A DNA stretch of 64,000 bases from contig CAWIEK010000009.1 in NCBI GenBank assembly GCA_963835065.1, forward strand, positions 96,001 to 160,000, written 5' to 3'. The position numbers and the translations under genes are program-made. Each line of letters starts with the position of its first letter. Position 1 is the stretch's first letter. Source of the DNA: an uncultured Chthonomonadaceae bacterium. Its GTDB lineage: Bacteria; Armatimonadota; Chthonomonadetes; Chthonomonadales; Chthonomonadaceae. Positions 49,654-60,024 of this stretch are shown here, in pieces. Under the pieces are notes generated by a model. The model had not been told where the DNA came from. It saw only the letters and a list, made by a program, of their open reading frames with translations, and made no database searches.

Positions 49654-51231
49654 TCAGCGCACTCGCGCCACCGCCTGCTTCCAGCCCGCGTACAACGTTT
49701 CGCGTTGATCCGCGCTCATTTGCGGCGTAAAGATGCGGTCTACCGCCCACTGCGCGGCGATTTCTTCCGGCGTCTGCCAGAACCCGATGCCCAACCCGGC
49801 CAGATACGCCGCGCCCAAAGCCGTCGTTTCCGTGACCGCCGGACGCGCAACGGCTGTGCCCAAAATGTCCGCCTGCATCTGCATTAATGTGTTATTGACG
49901 GTCATGCCGCCATCCACGCGCAGTTCGGGAATGTCCAGACCGCTGTCCTGCCGCATGGCTTCCAGCACATCGCGGGTTTGACAGCAGACCGCTTCCAACG
50001 CCGCCCGCGCAAGGTGCGCCCGCCCCGCGCCCCGCGTCAGCCCGACAATCGCGCCCCGCGCTTCCGCATCCCAGTACGGCGCTCCCAAGCCCACAAATGC
50101 GGGCACAAAATACACGCCCCCGTTATCCGCAACGGAAGCCGCCAGACTTTCAATCTCCCCGGCGGAACGAATGATTTGCAGTTCATCCCGCAGCCACTGC
50201 ACCGCCGCCCCGGTCACGAACACGCTGCCTTCCAAAGCGTAGTTGATAGTTGATAGTTGATAGTTGATAGTTGAATCCATTGCTGATTGCCGATTGCCGA
50301 TTTTCGATTGAGGATTGGCTTCTTCCGTCTTCTCTTCTTCTCTTCTCCCTTCTCCAATCTGCCACGCAACGGTTGTCAGCAGGCCGTGTTGGGAGAATTG
50401 GGGCTGATTTCCGGTGTTCATCAGCAGGAATGAGCCGGTTCCATAGGTGTTTTTTACCATGCCCTGCAGGTGGCAGGCTTGCCCGAACGTGGCGGCCTGC
50501 TGATCGCCCGCGATGCCGGCAATCGGAATGTTTCTGCCCAATAAATCCGTCGTGGTTTCGCCGTAGATGTGGCTGCTCGGCTTGACGACGGGCAGAATTT
50601 CGGGGGGAATGTCGAGCAGGCGCAGCAGTTCCGCGTCCCATTCGCCGGTGAGGATGTTGAACAGCAGGGTGCGGGAAGCGTTGGAAACATCGGTTGCGTG
50701 AACCGCGCCGCCCGTCAAGCGCCACAGCAAAAACGTATCTACCGTGCCGAACGCGATTTCGCCCCGTTCGGCGCGGGTTCGCAGGCCGGGCGTGTTGTCC
50801 AGCAGCCAGCGTATTTTCGTGCCGGAAAAATAGGGATCGAGCGGCAGGCCGGTTTTGGCGCGAAACAGGGGTTCCACACCGTCAGATCGCAGGCGTTCGC
50901 ACAGGGGCAGGGTACGCCTGTCCTGCCACACAATCGCGTTGGCAACGGGGCGTCCGGTTGCCCGTTCCCACAACAGCGTGGTTTCGCGCTGATTGGTGAT
51001 GCCCACGCCCGCAATGTCCGCGCCCGTTACGTTTTGTTCGCGCAGAAGTTTGGCGACAACGCCCGCCTGACTCGCCCAGATGTCTTCGGGCGCGTGTTCC
51101 ACCCATCCGGGATGTGGGTAGCGCTGCGCATACTCCTGCTGCTCCACGCCCCGCACCGCGCCCGCCCGGTCAAACAAAATCGCCCGCGAACTCGTCGTGC
51201 CCTGATCCAGCGCTAGAATGAATTCCGCCAT
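49654..51231 (-). CDS. glpK: Glycerol kinase (with in-frame repeat-derived insert)
   Basis: [51 protein letters not shown]. Confidence 0.97.
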   Translation of the reverse strand: MAEFILALDQGTTSSRAILFDRAGAVRGVEQQEYAQRYPHPGWVEHAPEDIWASQAGVVAKLLREQNVTGADIAGVGITNQRETTLLWERATGRPVANAIVWQDRRTLPLCERLRSDGVEPLFRAKTGLPLDPYFSGTKIRWLLDNTPGLRTRAERGEIAFGTVDTFLLWRLTGGAVHATDVSNASRTLLFNILTGEWDAELLRLLDIPPEILPVVKPSSHIYGETTTDLLGRNIPIAGIAGDQQAATFGQACHLQGMVKNTYGTGSFLLMNTGNQPQFSQHGLLTTVAWQIGEGRREEEKTEEANPQSKIGNRQSAMDSTINYQLSTINYALEGSVFVTGAAVQWLRDELQIIRSAGEIESLAASVADNGGVYFVPAFVGLGAPYWDAEARGAIVGLTRGAGRAHLARAALEAVCCQTRDVLEAMRQDSGLDIPELRVDGGMTVNNTLMQMQADILGTAVARPAVTETTALGAAYLAGLGIGFWQTPEEIAAQWAVDRIFTPQMSADQRETLYAGWKQAVARVR

Positions 51232-51283
51232 GTTGTGCCTCTCAGTATAAGACTATAACCAAAGCGTATATTTAGAAAGGGAT

Positions 51284-51433
51284 AAGAGTATGTAGAGTCA
51301 TCGTCGAAATCTTGGCAATGCAGCGCTTCCAGCCCGATGTCTCGTTGTGTCTGGTTGTAGGAGAGAGGCGTCGTGACCTCGAAAGCGTCAGGGCGAACGG
51401 GATGGGTGAAACATAGGACTGGCACCTCCCTTC
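51284..51433 (-). ncRNA. Candidate structured RNA / leader-peptide element, copy B (sORF MFHPSRSP* at 51388-51414)
   Basis: 96% identical core to copy A; lies directly upstream of glpK on the same strand. Confidence 0.55.
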
Positions 51434-51518
51434 TTAGTTGATAGTGGATAGTTGATAGTTGATAGGAACTACCAGCGTTCAACCTTCCTGTCTACATAGT
51501 AGACCTTGTTCTACTGTT

Positions 51519-51546
51519 TGGACGGCTGTGTGGGGCAAAAGGTTCG
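51519..51546 (-). promoter_or_regulatory. ECF-sigma-like promoter (AACC-N16-CGTC)
   Basis: cgAACCttttgccccacacagcCGTCcaa with upstream A-tracts. Confidence 0.6.
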
Positions 51547-51730
51547 CTTTTTCCGCGCTGTGCGGCGCTTTTTTACTTTTTATTTTTCGCGCGAGACTTT
51601 TTCTTTTCAAGTCCTAGAGCGAGAGGGCAGTATAGGCTTTACAAGTTGGTCCTACCCGGCTATAATACTTTGTCCGCGTGTGAGATCACTTACCGATCAG
51701 AGCGGTTCCACACAAACGTTTGGAGTAAAG

Positions 51731-54034
51731 ATGACGGCTCCGCAAAGCATACTTGAACTTGTAGACCGCTTCGCTTATAACCGCGATAACTACCGCAATC
51801 CGCAGTACAACGAAACTCAGTTGCGCCGGGAGTTCCTCGACCCCTTCTTTACCGCGCTCGGATGGGATGTGGAAAACAAGGAGGGCTACGCGGAAGCCTA
51901 CAAGGACGTGGTTCACGAGGACGCCATCAAAATCGGCGGCGTGAACAAAGCGCCCGATTACTCGTTTCGCATCGGCGGGACGCGCAAGTTCTTTGTGGAA
52001 GCCAAAAAGCCCGCCGTCAACCTCAAAGACGATCCGAAACCCGCGTTTCAATTGCGCCGCTACGCCTGGTCCGCCAAACTGCCGCTTTCCATCCTCAGCG
52101 ATTTTGAGGAGTTCGCCGTATACGATTGCCGCGTTCAGCCGGACGAGCGCGACAAGCCCGCCATTGCCCGCACCCTTTATATCCCCTATACGGAATACGA
52201 CGCGCGCTGGCAGGAAATCGAAGCCGTGTTTTCCCGCAGCGCGATTTTGAAGGGCGCGTTCGACAAGTACGCGACGGACAACAAGACCCGGCGCGGCACG
52301 GCGGAAGTGGACGCGGCGTTCCTCAAAGAGATCGAAACATGGCGCGAAAGCCTTGCCAAAAACATCGCCCTGCGCAATCCTGATTTGCGCAACCGCGACC
52401 TCAACTTCGCTGTTCAGATTATCATTGACCGCATCATTTTCCTGCGCATTTGCGAAGACCGGGGCATTGACATTTACGGCAGGCTGCAAGCCCTGCTCAA
52501 CGGCAAGGACGTTTACCCGCGCCTGCTGCAATTGTTCCGCGAAGCCGACGAGCGCTACAACTCCGGCCTGTTCCACTTTCGCATGGAAAAAGGGCGCGAC
52601 GAGGCGGGTTTGGACACCCTGACGCCGCGCCTGAACATAGACGACAAAACGCTCAAAGACATTCTGACGACGCTGTATTATCCCTGCCCCTACGAATTTT
52701 CCGTGCTGCCCGCCGATATTTTGGGACAGGTGTACGAGCAGTTTTTGGGCAAAGTGATCCGGCTGGACGCCAAACACCGCGCGGTTGTGGAAGACAAGCC
52801 GGAAGTAAAGAAAGCGGGCGGCGTTTATTACACGCCCACCTACATTGTCAACTACATCGTGGAGCAAACCGTCGGCAAACTGGTGGAAGGCAAAACGCCC
52901 CGGCAGGTGGAAAAACTGAAAATCCTTGATCCGGCCTGCGGTTCCGGCTCGTTCCTCATCGGCGCGTACCAGCGTTTGCTCGACTGGCATCAGCAGTGGT
53001 ACGAAACGGACGGCGCGGCCAAACACGCCAAAGGCAAGGATGCCCGGTTGTATCAGGGCGCGGGCAATACGTGGCATCTCACGACAAGCGAGCGCAAGCG
53101 TATCCTGCTTGCCAACCTGTACGGCGTGGACATAGACGCGCAGGCCGTAGAAGTCACTAAATTGTCGCTGCTGCTGAAAATGCTGGAAGGCGAAACGCAG
53201 CAGACGGTGAACGCGACGCTTTCCATGTTCCACGAGCGCGTCCTGCCCGATTTGGACGGCAACATTCAGTGCGGCAATTCCCTCATCGGCCCCGACTTCT
53301 ACGATGGCAGGCAACTCACGCTTCTGGACGAGGAAGAGATGTACCGCGTCAACGTCTTCGACTGGAAAAAGGCTTTTCCCAAAATCCTGACGGGCGATAA
53401 TTCCGGCTTCGATGCCGTCATAGGCAATCCGCCATACATTCCAATTGAGACGATTACTGAAGATGACAGACACTACTTCCAATCTCACCATAAGCAACTT
53501 GAGAGAAAGTACGATACTTCTATTGTTTTCATCCTCGCTATGCTTGAGAAACTAAATGCAAATGGATGTTTGGGCTTCATCTCCTCGCTGACATGGCAAA
53601 CAGGAGAAAACTTCCGTAAATTGCGCGAACATCTCTTCACAAAGGCGGGAGTAGAAACTTTGGTAAGTTTGCCTTTTGACGTCTTCAAGAACGCTTATGT
53701 AGACACGGGAACCTACATATTAAGGCGCACACCTACGGAGGAGTACGCCATTTACCGATTTCCGAAAAAGACGCAGGTCACTAACCTACAAAATTTACCA
53801 TACGCGAAGGTGTCATGTAGCCTTATAATGCCACCTGATTACAAGATAGTGCTTGAGTCGAACACACAGGCTATTCTGACTCGTGTATCTTCATCTTCTG
53901 GCTTTACTACATTGGGGGCGCTTACGACTTCGACGCAGGGATTAGCAGGGAACCGCTTCAAGAGGGTTTCTTCAGAAAGCGCAGACACATACCCATTTAT
54001 GACGCCCTGTGTGCCGACGGCAGACGGTACATAA
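51731..54034 (+). CDS. Type IIG-like restriction endonuclease-methyltransferase, apparently 3'-truncated
   Basis: NETQLRREFLDPFF, APDYSF...VEAKKP, GVYYTP, DPACGSGSFL, GNPPY; ends shortly after entering the specificity region. Confidence 0.88.
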   Translation: MTAPQSILELVDRFAYNRDNYRNPQYNETQLRREFLDPFFTALGWDVENKEGYAEAYKDVVHEDAIKIGGVNKAPDYSFRIGGTRKFFVEAKKPAVNLKDDPKPAFQLRRYAWSAKLPLSILSDFEEFAVYDCRVQPDERDKPAIARTLYIPYTEYDARWQEIEAVFSRSAILKGAFDKYATDNKTRRGTAEVDAAFLKEIETWRESLAKNIALRNPDLRNRDLNFAVQIIIDRIIFLRICEDRGIDIYGRLQALLNGKDVYPRLLQLFREADERYNSGLFHFRMEKGRDEAGLDTLTPRLNIDDKTLKDILTTLYYPCPYEFSVLPADILGQVYEQFLGKVIRLDAKHRAVVEDKPEVKKAGGVYYTPTYIVNYIVEQTVGKLVEGKTPRQVEKLKILDPACGSGSFLIGAYQRLLDWHQQWYETDGAAKHAKGKDARLYQGAGNTWHLTTSERKRILLANLYGVDIDAQAVEVTKLSLLLKMLEGETQQTVNATLSMFHERVLPDLDGNIQCGNSLIGPDFYDGRQLTLLDEEEMYRVNVFDWKKAFPKILTGDNSGFDAVIGNPPYIPIETITEDDRHYFQSHHKQLERKYDTSIVFILAMLEKLNANGCLGFISSLTWQTGENFRKLREHLFTKAGVETLVSLPFDVFKNAYVDTGTYILRRTPTEEYAIYRFPKKTQVTNLQNLPYAKVSCSLIMPPDYKIVLESNTQAILTRVSSSSGFTTLGALTTSTQGLAGNRFKRVSSESADTYPFMTPCVPTADGT

Positions 54035-54056
54035 AACCTCATGATTTTATCCGTAG

Positions 54057-54454
54057 CTTTGCGCGTTGTGGCGACGGGCTGAACCCCTTCGCTGTATGGC
54101 CTACGGCCCAGTGTCCTTCGGACACGCTTGCTTTGCAGGCTGTGAGTTCCTGTTATATACGCTTGCTGTGAAATGGGAGGCCGGGTACCGACAAGAGCGT
54201 TCCGAGTGTTGAAAACACCCGGCAGGAAAGGGCAAGCGTCTTGCAGACGCAACTTCCAGAAAGCAGGGGCGCGTCTGAAAGACGCTTGCTTTGTCCAGAC
54301 AGGGGTTTTCAACCCCCGGTAAACCACACGGGCGCTATTTCACAGCAAGCGTTATATAGACCTGCTACATCTCAACGATGGGATTATGTCCGAAGGACAT
54401 TGGGCGGAACGCCATACAGCGAAGGGGTTCAGCCTGTCGCCGCAACGCGCAAAG
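54057..54454. repeat. ~400-bp nested imperfect palindrome (composite MITE/REPIN-like)
   Basis: At least five arm pairs, e.g. CTTTGCGCGTTG..GGCTGAACCCCTTCGCTGTATGGC with its reverse complement. Confidence 0.9.
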
Positions 54455-54491
54455 ATGAAAGTATGATGAACAGACAGCTTCAGGATTTAAG

Positions 54492-55028
54492 ATGAACATT
54501 TTAGCCATTTCGGGAAGCCTGCGCCGCGCTTCCTCCAATACCACGCTGCTGCGCGCGGCGCAACTGCTGGCTCCCGACGGCATGAACATTACGCTGTATG
54601 CGGGATTGGGCGATTTGCCGCACTTCAACCCGGATTTGGAAGGCGCGGAACCGGAGGCAGTTCTCCAATTCCGCGCCCAAATTCAAGCCACTGATGGCGT
54701 GTTGATTTCCAGCCCGGAATACGCGCATGGCGTTCCCGGTTCGCTGAAAAACGCGCTGGATTGGCTTGTCGGCAGTGGCGAACTGGTGTATAAGCCCGTC
54801 GCCCTGCTCAACCCCTCGCCCCGTTCCACGTATGCGCAAGCCGCGCTCACCGAAATTCTAAACGTGATGACCGCGCAGCTTGTGGCGGACGCCTGCCTCA
54901 CGCTTCCTATCGCGGGAACACCGCTGGACGCGCCCGCTATCGCCGCGCACCCGGAGTTTGCTCCTGCTCTGCAAGCCTCACTTGCCGCGCTGGTTCGCGC
55001 CATTCAAGCCAACGCCGCAGCCGCTTGA
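54492..55028 (+). CDS. NADPH-dependent FMN reductase
   Basis: ISGSLRRASSN, LPHFNPD, SPEYAHGVPGSLKNALDW. Confidence 0.93.
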   Translation: MNILAISGSLRRASSNTTLLRAAQLLAPDGMNITLYAGLGDLPHFNPDLEGAEPEAVLQFRAQIQATDGVLISSPEYAHGVPGSLKNALDWLVGSGELVYKPVALLNPSPRSTYAQAALTEILNVMTAQLVADACLTLPIAGTPLDAPAIAAHPEFAPALQASLAALVRAIQANAAAA

Positions 55029-55042
55029 TGCTGCCGGTAACT

Positions 55043-55104
55043 CTTCACCACCAAGACGCCAAGAACACCAAGAGAAAACAGGCCACTAATCTTGGTGGTG
55101 AAGA
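55043..55104. repeat. Short palindromic element CTTCACCACCAAGA ... TCTTGGTGGTGAAG
   Basis: Perfect inverted ends with internal 9-nt repeats, between convergent genes. Confidence 0.7.
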
Positions 55105-55105
55105 G

Positions 55106-57286
55106 TTACTGTTGACGCAGGCGTTTCAGGGCTTTTTTGGCGTCGGTATCGCCCTGCGCGGCGGCTTTGGCGTACCATTTCAAGGCTTCCGCTTTGTCGG
55201 CGGGGGTGTCTTCGCCATTTTCGTAGATGCCCCCAAGCACCGTTTGCGCCCATACAAAGCCCTGCCCGGCGGCTTTGCGCAGCCATTTGATCGCTTCCGC
55301 AGGGTTTCTTTCCACGCCCCGGCCCTCGAAGTAACTGGTGGCAAGCAAACTCTGCGCTTCTGCGTCGTTCTGTTCCGCCGCCTTGCGGTACCAGATCACG
55401 GCTTCCACGCGGTCCCGATCCACGCCCTCCCCTTCCGCATAGCACAAGCCCAGCCGGGTTTGCGCGTCCGCGTAACCCTGTTCCGCCGCCTTGCGATACC
55501 AGTCCACTGCCTGTGCCGCATCCTTTCCGACGCCGACGCCGGATTGATAGTGCCAGCCGAGCCTGTCTTGCGCGGCCGCATAGCCCTGATCGGCGGCTTT
55601 ACGATACCATTGCAGCGCTGCAATCGCGTTTTTCGCCACGCCGTTGCCGTAATGGTAGGCTTCTCCAATGTTGCACTGCGCGTTCGCGTTGCCCTGCGCC
55701 GCCGCTTTGCGATACCACTTTAAGGCTTCCTGATAGTCCTTGCGGACGCCGGTTCCCCTGGCATAGCAGTCGGCGAGATAATCCTGAGCATCGCCATCTC
55801 CACTCTGCGCAGCCTGGCGGTACAACTGCACGGCGCGAGTTATGTCCTTGCCGACGCCCTCACTAAATTCATAGCAATAGCCCAGACTAGCCTGGGCGTC
55901 CGCATTGCCTTTTGCCGCCGCTTTGCGATACCACTGCACCGCCTGCGCGTAGCTTTTCTCCACGCCATTGCCATCGCGATAGCAGTGGCCGAGGTTGGTC
56001 TGCGCATCCGTATTGCCTTTTGCCGCCGCCTTGCGATACCAGTCCACTGCCTGCTTGAAATCCTTGCCGACCCCTTTGCCTGCATAGTAAACAAAGCCCA
56101 AACTATTCATAGCCTCGACACTGCCATGCTCCGCCGCCTGGCGATACCAGCTTATGGATTCGGCGTAATCCTGCCCCGGGCCGTCTTTGCTGTACAAATC
56201 TCCGAGAGCGTCCTGCGCGTCGGCGTTTCCTTTATTCGCCGCCTTGCGGTACCACTGCATGGCATCCGCCTCGTTTTTTGCGATGCCGTCCCCATCCCGC
56301 AAGCAGTGGCCGAAAACCAACTGCGCGTTCACATTCCCCTGCTCCGCCGCCCAACGGTACCAATGCGCCGCCAGCGCGTGGTTTTTGGGAACGCCGTTGC
56401 CGTTGAAATAGCACTCCCCAAGATCGTACTGCGCCCCTGCCACGCCCTGCTCCGCCGCTTTGCGATACCATTGCGCGGCCAGCGCATAGTTTTTGGGCAG
56501 GCCGGTTCCATCGAAGTAACATTCGCCGAGCCTGTCCTGCGCAAGCGCGAAGTTTTGCGCGGCGGCTTTGCGATACCACATCAGGGCTTGCGGCATATTC
56601 TTGCGCGCGCCGTCTTCCGAATAGACGCCAAGATTGAATTGCGCTTCCACGCTGCCTTGCGCGGCGGCTTTGCCGTACCATTTCACGGCAAGGTCGTAGT
56701 GCTGCGTGATGCCCCGCCCCCATCCGTAAGCGGCGGCAAGCGTGTCCTGTATCAGCCAATCGCCTTTTTTGGCTTCTTCCTGCATGTCTTGCAGCGCCCA
56801 ACGGTACATTTCTTCGGCAGAAGAGGGATTCGGGCTGGGCACGATCCCCTCCTCATAGCACACGCCAAGATAATAGAGGCCCACATTGTCATGCTGTTCC
56901 GCCGACTTGTTAAACCAGTCGTAGGCTTCGCGCGCCCCATTGGGACTGTTTTTCAGGCATACTCCCATCATGGCCTGGGCGCGCGCATCCCCCGCTTCCG
57001 CAAGCGGGCGCAGCAGTTTCGCCGCCTTCTGCCATTGCCCCGTCTTGAACACCTTTTCCGCAGCCAAATATGCCAACGCATGACGAAACGCGGGGCTGTT
57101 AGGCTTTAACCCACCCGCTTGCCCGGTCTCCGCCTGCCTCCGCGCGCCGATAAGCCCAACCCCAAATTTGCCCAACGATTGCCCGTTCGCAAGGCGGGGA
57201 ATGCCCGCCACGCCCACAATTGCCGCGCCAACAGCAGCCATTTTCAAAACAAACGCTCGTAAAGCAAATTGTCTCTGCCACCCCAT
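55106..57286 (-). CDS. Secreted Sel1-repeat protein (about 17 repeats)
   Basis: Repeated A..WYRKAAEQG.A.AQ..LG..Y..G.GV. Confidence 0.95.
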   Translation of the reverse strand: MGWQRQFALRAFVLKMAAVGAAIVGVAGIPRLANGQSLGKFGVGLIGARRQAETGQAGGLKPNSPAFRHALAYLAAEKVFKTGQWQKAAKLLRPLAEAGDARAQAMMGVCLKNSPNGAREAYDWFNKSAEQHDNVGLYYLGVCYEEGIVPSPNPSSAEEMYRWALQDMQEEAKKGDWLIQDTLAAAYGWGRGITQHYDLAVKWYGKAAAQGSVEAQFNLGVYSEDGARKNMPQALMWYRKAAAQNFALAQDRLGECYFDGTGLPKNYALAAQWYRKAAEQGVAGAQYDLGECYFNGNGVPKNHALAAHWYRWAAEQGNVNAQLVFGHCLRDGDGIAKNEADAMQWYRKAANKGNADAQDALGDLYSKDGPGQDYAESISWYRQAAEHGSVEAMNSLGFVYYAGKGVGKDFKQAVDWYRKAAAKGNTDAQTNLGHCYRDGNGVEKSYAQAVQWYRKAAAKGNADAQASLGYCYEFSEGVGKDITRAVQLYRQAAQSGDGDAQDYLADCYARGTGVRKDYQEALKWYRKAAAQGNANAQCNIGEAYHYGNGVAKNAIAALQWYRKAADQGYAAAQDRLGWHYQSGVGVGKDAAQAVDWYRKAAEQGYADAQTRLGLCYAEGEGVDRDRVEAVIWYRKAAEQNDAEAQSLLATSYFEGRGVERNPAEAIKWLRKAAGQGFVWAQTVLGGIYENGEDTPADKAEALKWYAKAAAQGDTDAKKALKRLRQQ

Positions 57287-57340
57287 CGGCCTTCTTCCTT
57301 TTCTGCTTCATTCCTCATCCTTCATCCTTCATCCTTTTCC

Positions 57341-58324
57341 TCATCCCGGATACCAGATCACGCGCGGTTCGTCCGGGCTGCGCTCGTAGTTCCAGGCGCG
57401 GTCAATGAGCGCGGGCAAATCCACTTTGGGACGCCAGCCGAGCAGGAATTTGGCTTTCGTGTTGTCCAGCCAGGTGGATTGAAACTGCGTGGGAATGTCT
57501 ACGGACGGCAGGCCGCGCGTTTGATGCAGGTATTCGGCCACCGCGCGGTAATTGACCGGCTCATCCATGCAGATGTTGAACGTTTCCTGCCGGGCGCGCG
57601 GATGGTCCAGCGCCATGATAATTGCCGTAATCAAATCATCCAAATGCACGAAATTGCGCTGCATCGGTTCGCCGTTTGTATCCAGCATCACGGGAACGGT
57701 TTCGGTTCGGGCGTATTCCGCCGCTTTTTCCGCTTCAACCAAATCTTTCCAGCGCGGCCCGCCGAACACATCATCCTCAAACGACAGCGTATATTTGAAA
57801 TCGTCCTTTTCCATGATCCAGGGCGCGCGCAGGCAGCAGCCATTCAAGCCGTACTGAACGTAATACTGCTCCAACATCACCTCTTCCAGCACTTTCGAGA
57901 GGGCGTAGCAGCCGGGGTACGCCGAATGTTTTTGCGTTTCCGTGACGGGCGCGGGAAAGCGATAAAAGAAATGCCCCATACCCGCGTCGCCGCCAAGCAG
58001 TATGAACTGCGTAAACGTTTCCGACTGACGGCACGCTTCCAGCAGCCAGAACAGCCCTTTCACTGTCACATCCATTATGGCGTCCGGCGTTTCCTTACAG
58101 GTCGCCAGATGCAGCACATGCGTCACGCCCTCCATCGCCGCCTGCACGTCTGAGTGAACGGCCATATTGCCGGTGACGACTTCCAGCCCGTCGCGCTCCG
58201 GCAGCCTGCGGTTGTGGCACAAAGCGCGTACAACGGTGGGCGTTTCGCGCGGTTCCGACAAAAAACGATGCAGAAACGCCTGCCCGACTTTTCCCGTCGC
58301 CCCCGTCACTAAAATGCGTCGCAT
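57341..58324 (-). CDS. NAD-dependent epimerase/dehydratase
   Basis: ILVTGATGKVG, HLAT, YALSK, RNFVHLDD. Confidence 0.92.
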   Translation of the reverse strand: MRRILVTGATGKVGQAFLHRFLSEPRETPTVVRALCHNRRLPERDGLEVVTGNMAVHSDVQAAMEGVTHVLHLATCKETPDAIMDVTVKGLFWLLEACRQSETFTQFILLGGDAGMGHFFYRFPAPVTETQKHSAYPGCYALSKVLEEVMLEQYYVQYGLNGCCLRAPWIMEKDDFKYTLSFEDDVFGGPRWKDLVEAEKAAEYARTETVPVMLDTNGEPMQRNFVHLDDLITAIIMALDHPRARQETFNICMDEPVNYRAVAEYLHQTRGLPSVDIPTQFQSTWLDNTKAKFLLGWRPKVDLPALIDRAWNYERSPDEPRVIWYPG

Positions 58325-58373
58325 AATTTAATTGGTTCCTTTTAGAGCCGGCAGCCTCACGGTACGAACCCGG

Positions 58374-58709
58374 TTATGGAACGCTGACAAGGCGCTGCGT
58401 TTCGAGGTTCGATATTCTTGGAGGCACATCGCTTGCGGCATGCGCGAAAGCGCGGGCGGCTTCCAGGTTGGCGCGAATCTCCTGCAATGGCCCCGCCGCC
58501 AGGGTCGGAAAAACGCCGCCATTTTGCTCGGCCTCGTGCGGCGGCATTCGCGTCAGCGTGGAATAAGTCTCTGCTAAAGAATGTGCCGCCAGTACGCCTG
58601 AAATTTCGCCATGAACGATACGCTCCCGCCAACGAAAAGCGCGTTCATGGTGTTCGTGATTTTCCCTCAGAGACGCAATCATCACGGAAGTATCAGGAAG
58701 AACTTTCAT
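58374..58709 (-). pseudogene. Truncated PIN-domain (VapC-like) toxin
   Basis: MKVLPDTSVMIA...H.HH...AHSLAETYSTLTRMP; C-terminal acidic catalytic residues missing. Confidence 0.75.
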
Positions 58710-59055
58710 CCTCACCTCTCAATACATCGGGAAAGAACGAGCGCAACCGCTCCTCTCGCATTTCCGCAACAAAATCACGCTCCGCGTCTTCCGGCGACAT
58801 TTTGCCCCCGCCTGCAATAGCCCAAAGCCCGCCCTAGTTGACAAGATGCGGTTGGACGTATTCCTCTTCTTCCTCTTCATTCGGGAGCGGCTCAATGCAG
58901 ACATCGGCCTCTTGTATCGCGTCCTCCCAATCTGCCATCAGGGCATCCAATGCTTCGCCCATTGTCCTGCCAACGGATTGATACCTGCCTGCCGTTGCTC
59001 GGAATCCTGCGGTTTTCACGTCACTCTTGTCAATAAGCACAGAAACCATTGCCAC
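58693..59055 (-). pseudogene. Antitoxin-like gene with internal TAG at 58834-58836
   Basis: Frame continues past the stop as GGLWAIAG...DFVAEMREER and overlaps the PIN start. Confidence 0.55.
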
Positions 59056-59206
59056 TGCTTTACCCTCCCATCATCAGAAATTCTCGTCGTTCGCTCTTAC
59101 TCTAACGAAAACTCGTGTCGCTGTCAGCGCAACCTTCTACGTCGGGCCAGACGTTTTTTGTTCAACGCCGCCTGAGCGATAACGGTGCGGCGCATATGAG
59201 CCGCGA

Positions 59207-59482
59207 TCATTGCAGCACCGGAGACACAGGTTGACGGCGCCCCTTGCGGCGTAACGGAGGCAGTTCTTTTTCCATTGCTGCAATCTCAATTTCTTCCCGC
59301 TCAATTTCTGCAAGAGTTTGTTCGAGACGTTGCAGCATTGCTTCTTTGCGGGTGATAATCTCTTCCCTTTTCCGTTGACTTTCTTCCAGTTCAAGCAGTT
59401 CGAGGCGTAAGCGTTCGTTATTGGCTTCAAGGCGTTTGTCGAATTCTTCGAGTGTCAGGGCTTCAAATCGCTTTACGGACAT
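59207..59482 (-). CDS. Small coiled-coil protein
   Basis: GAGGAGG RBS; E/R/L-rich heptads. Confidence 0.7.
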   Translation of the reverse strand: MSVKRFEALTLEEFDKRLEANNERLRLELLELEESQRKREEIITRKEAMLQRLEQTLAEIEREEIEIAAMEKELPPLRRKGRRQPVSPVLQ

Positions 59483-59645
59483 GGACGGGTTCCTCCTCAA
59501 CAGACTATGCCACAGAGGCATTCGGCAGTCGAGAGTGTCCGCCGGGTTGGGCTTTGCGCCTTCGCCTCGGATTTGTTTCCTCAACGGCGACGTACCAGCT
59601 GCTCAAACACCGGCAGATAAATTGCTCTTTTCTGTTCGACGATAT

Positions 59646-60008
59646 CTACATCACCGAAGCGAGGCCTGAATCTCGATGTAATGTATGCGGCTCCTGCAAA
59701 TTGGAGCAAAGACGCTCGATGTTTTCGATGGGATGTATCCGCAGTTGGTTGCGGCTGTCTCCGTCAATCCAAGTCGATTCGATTTTCTCTAAAAGTTCTT
59801 CCGCCGTCCATTCCAACGGTACGCCGTATTTGTATTCGTAACGGGTCAAGTCCCACCACAACTCGGTATTCTGCAAAAGCGGCTCCCACGCCCAGGGATT
59901 ATCGAGTATATTCTGCGCAACCACCATTTCCGACTCGGCTTCGACAACGCGGAAACTGCGGGTATCTACGCCATCATCACAAACTGAAGTGATTAAGAAA
60001 AGCGGCAT
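59646..60008 (-). CDS. Hypothetical acidic protein
   Basis: GAGG RBS, 120-aa ORF co-oriented with its neighbours. Confidence 0.65.
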   Translation of the reverse strand: MPLFLITSVCDDGVDTRSFRVVEAESEMVVAQNILDNPWAWEPLLQNTELWWDLTRYEYKYGVPLEWTAEELLEKIESTWIDGDSRNQLRIHPIENIERLCSNLQEPHTLHRDSGLASVM

Positions 60009-60024
60009 CGTACTTGTTCCTCTC

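Noticed and set aside
51686..53497. Long antisense ORFs (51686-53497, 40665-42104, 45433-46617, 55985-57109 and others)
   Set aside because: They are shadows of GC3-rich genes on the opposite strand, with no motifs or RBS.
55106..57286. Sel1 nucleotide periodicity as a DGR or mobile repeat
   Set aside because: It is ordinary 36-aa protein repeat coding; no reverse transcriptase or TR/VR pair was found.
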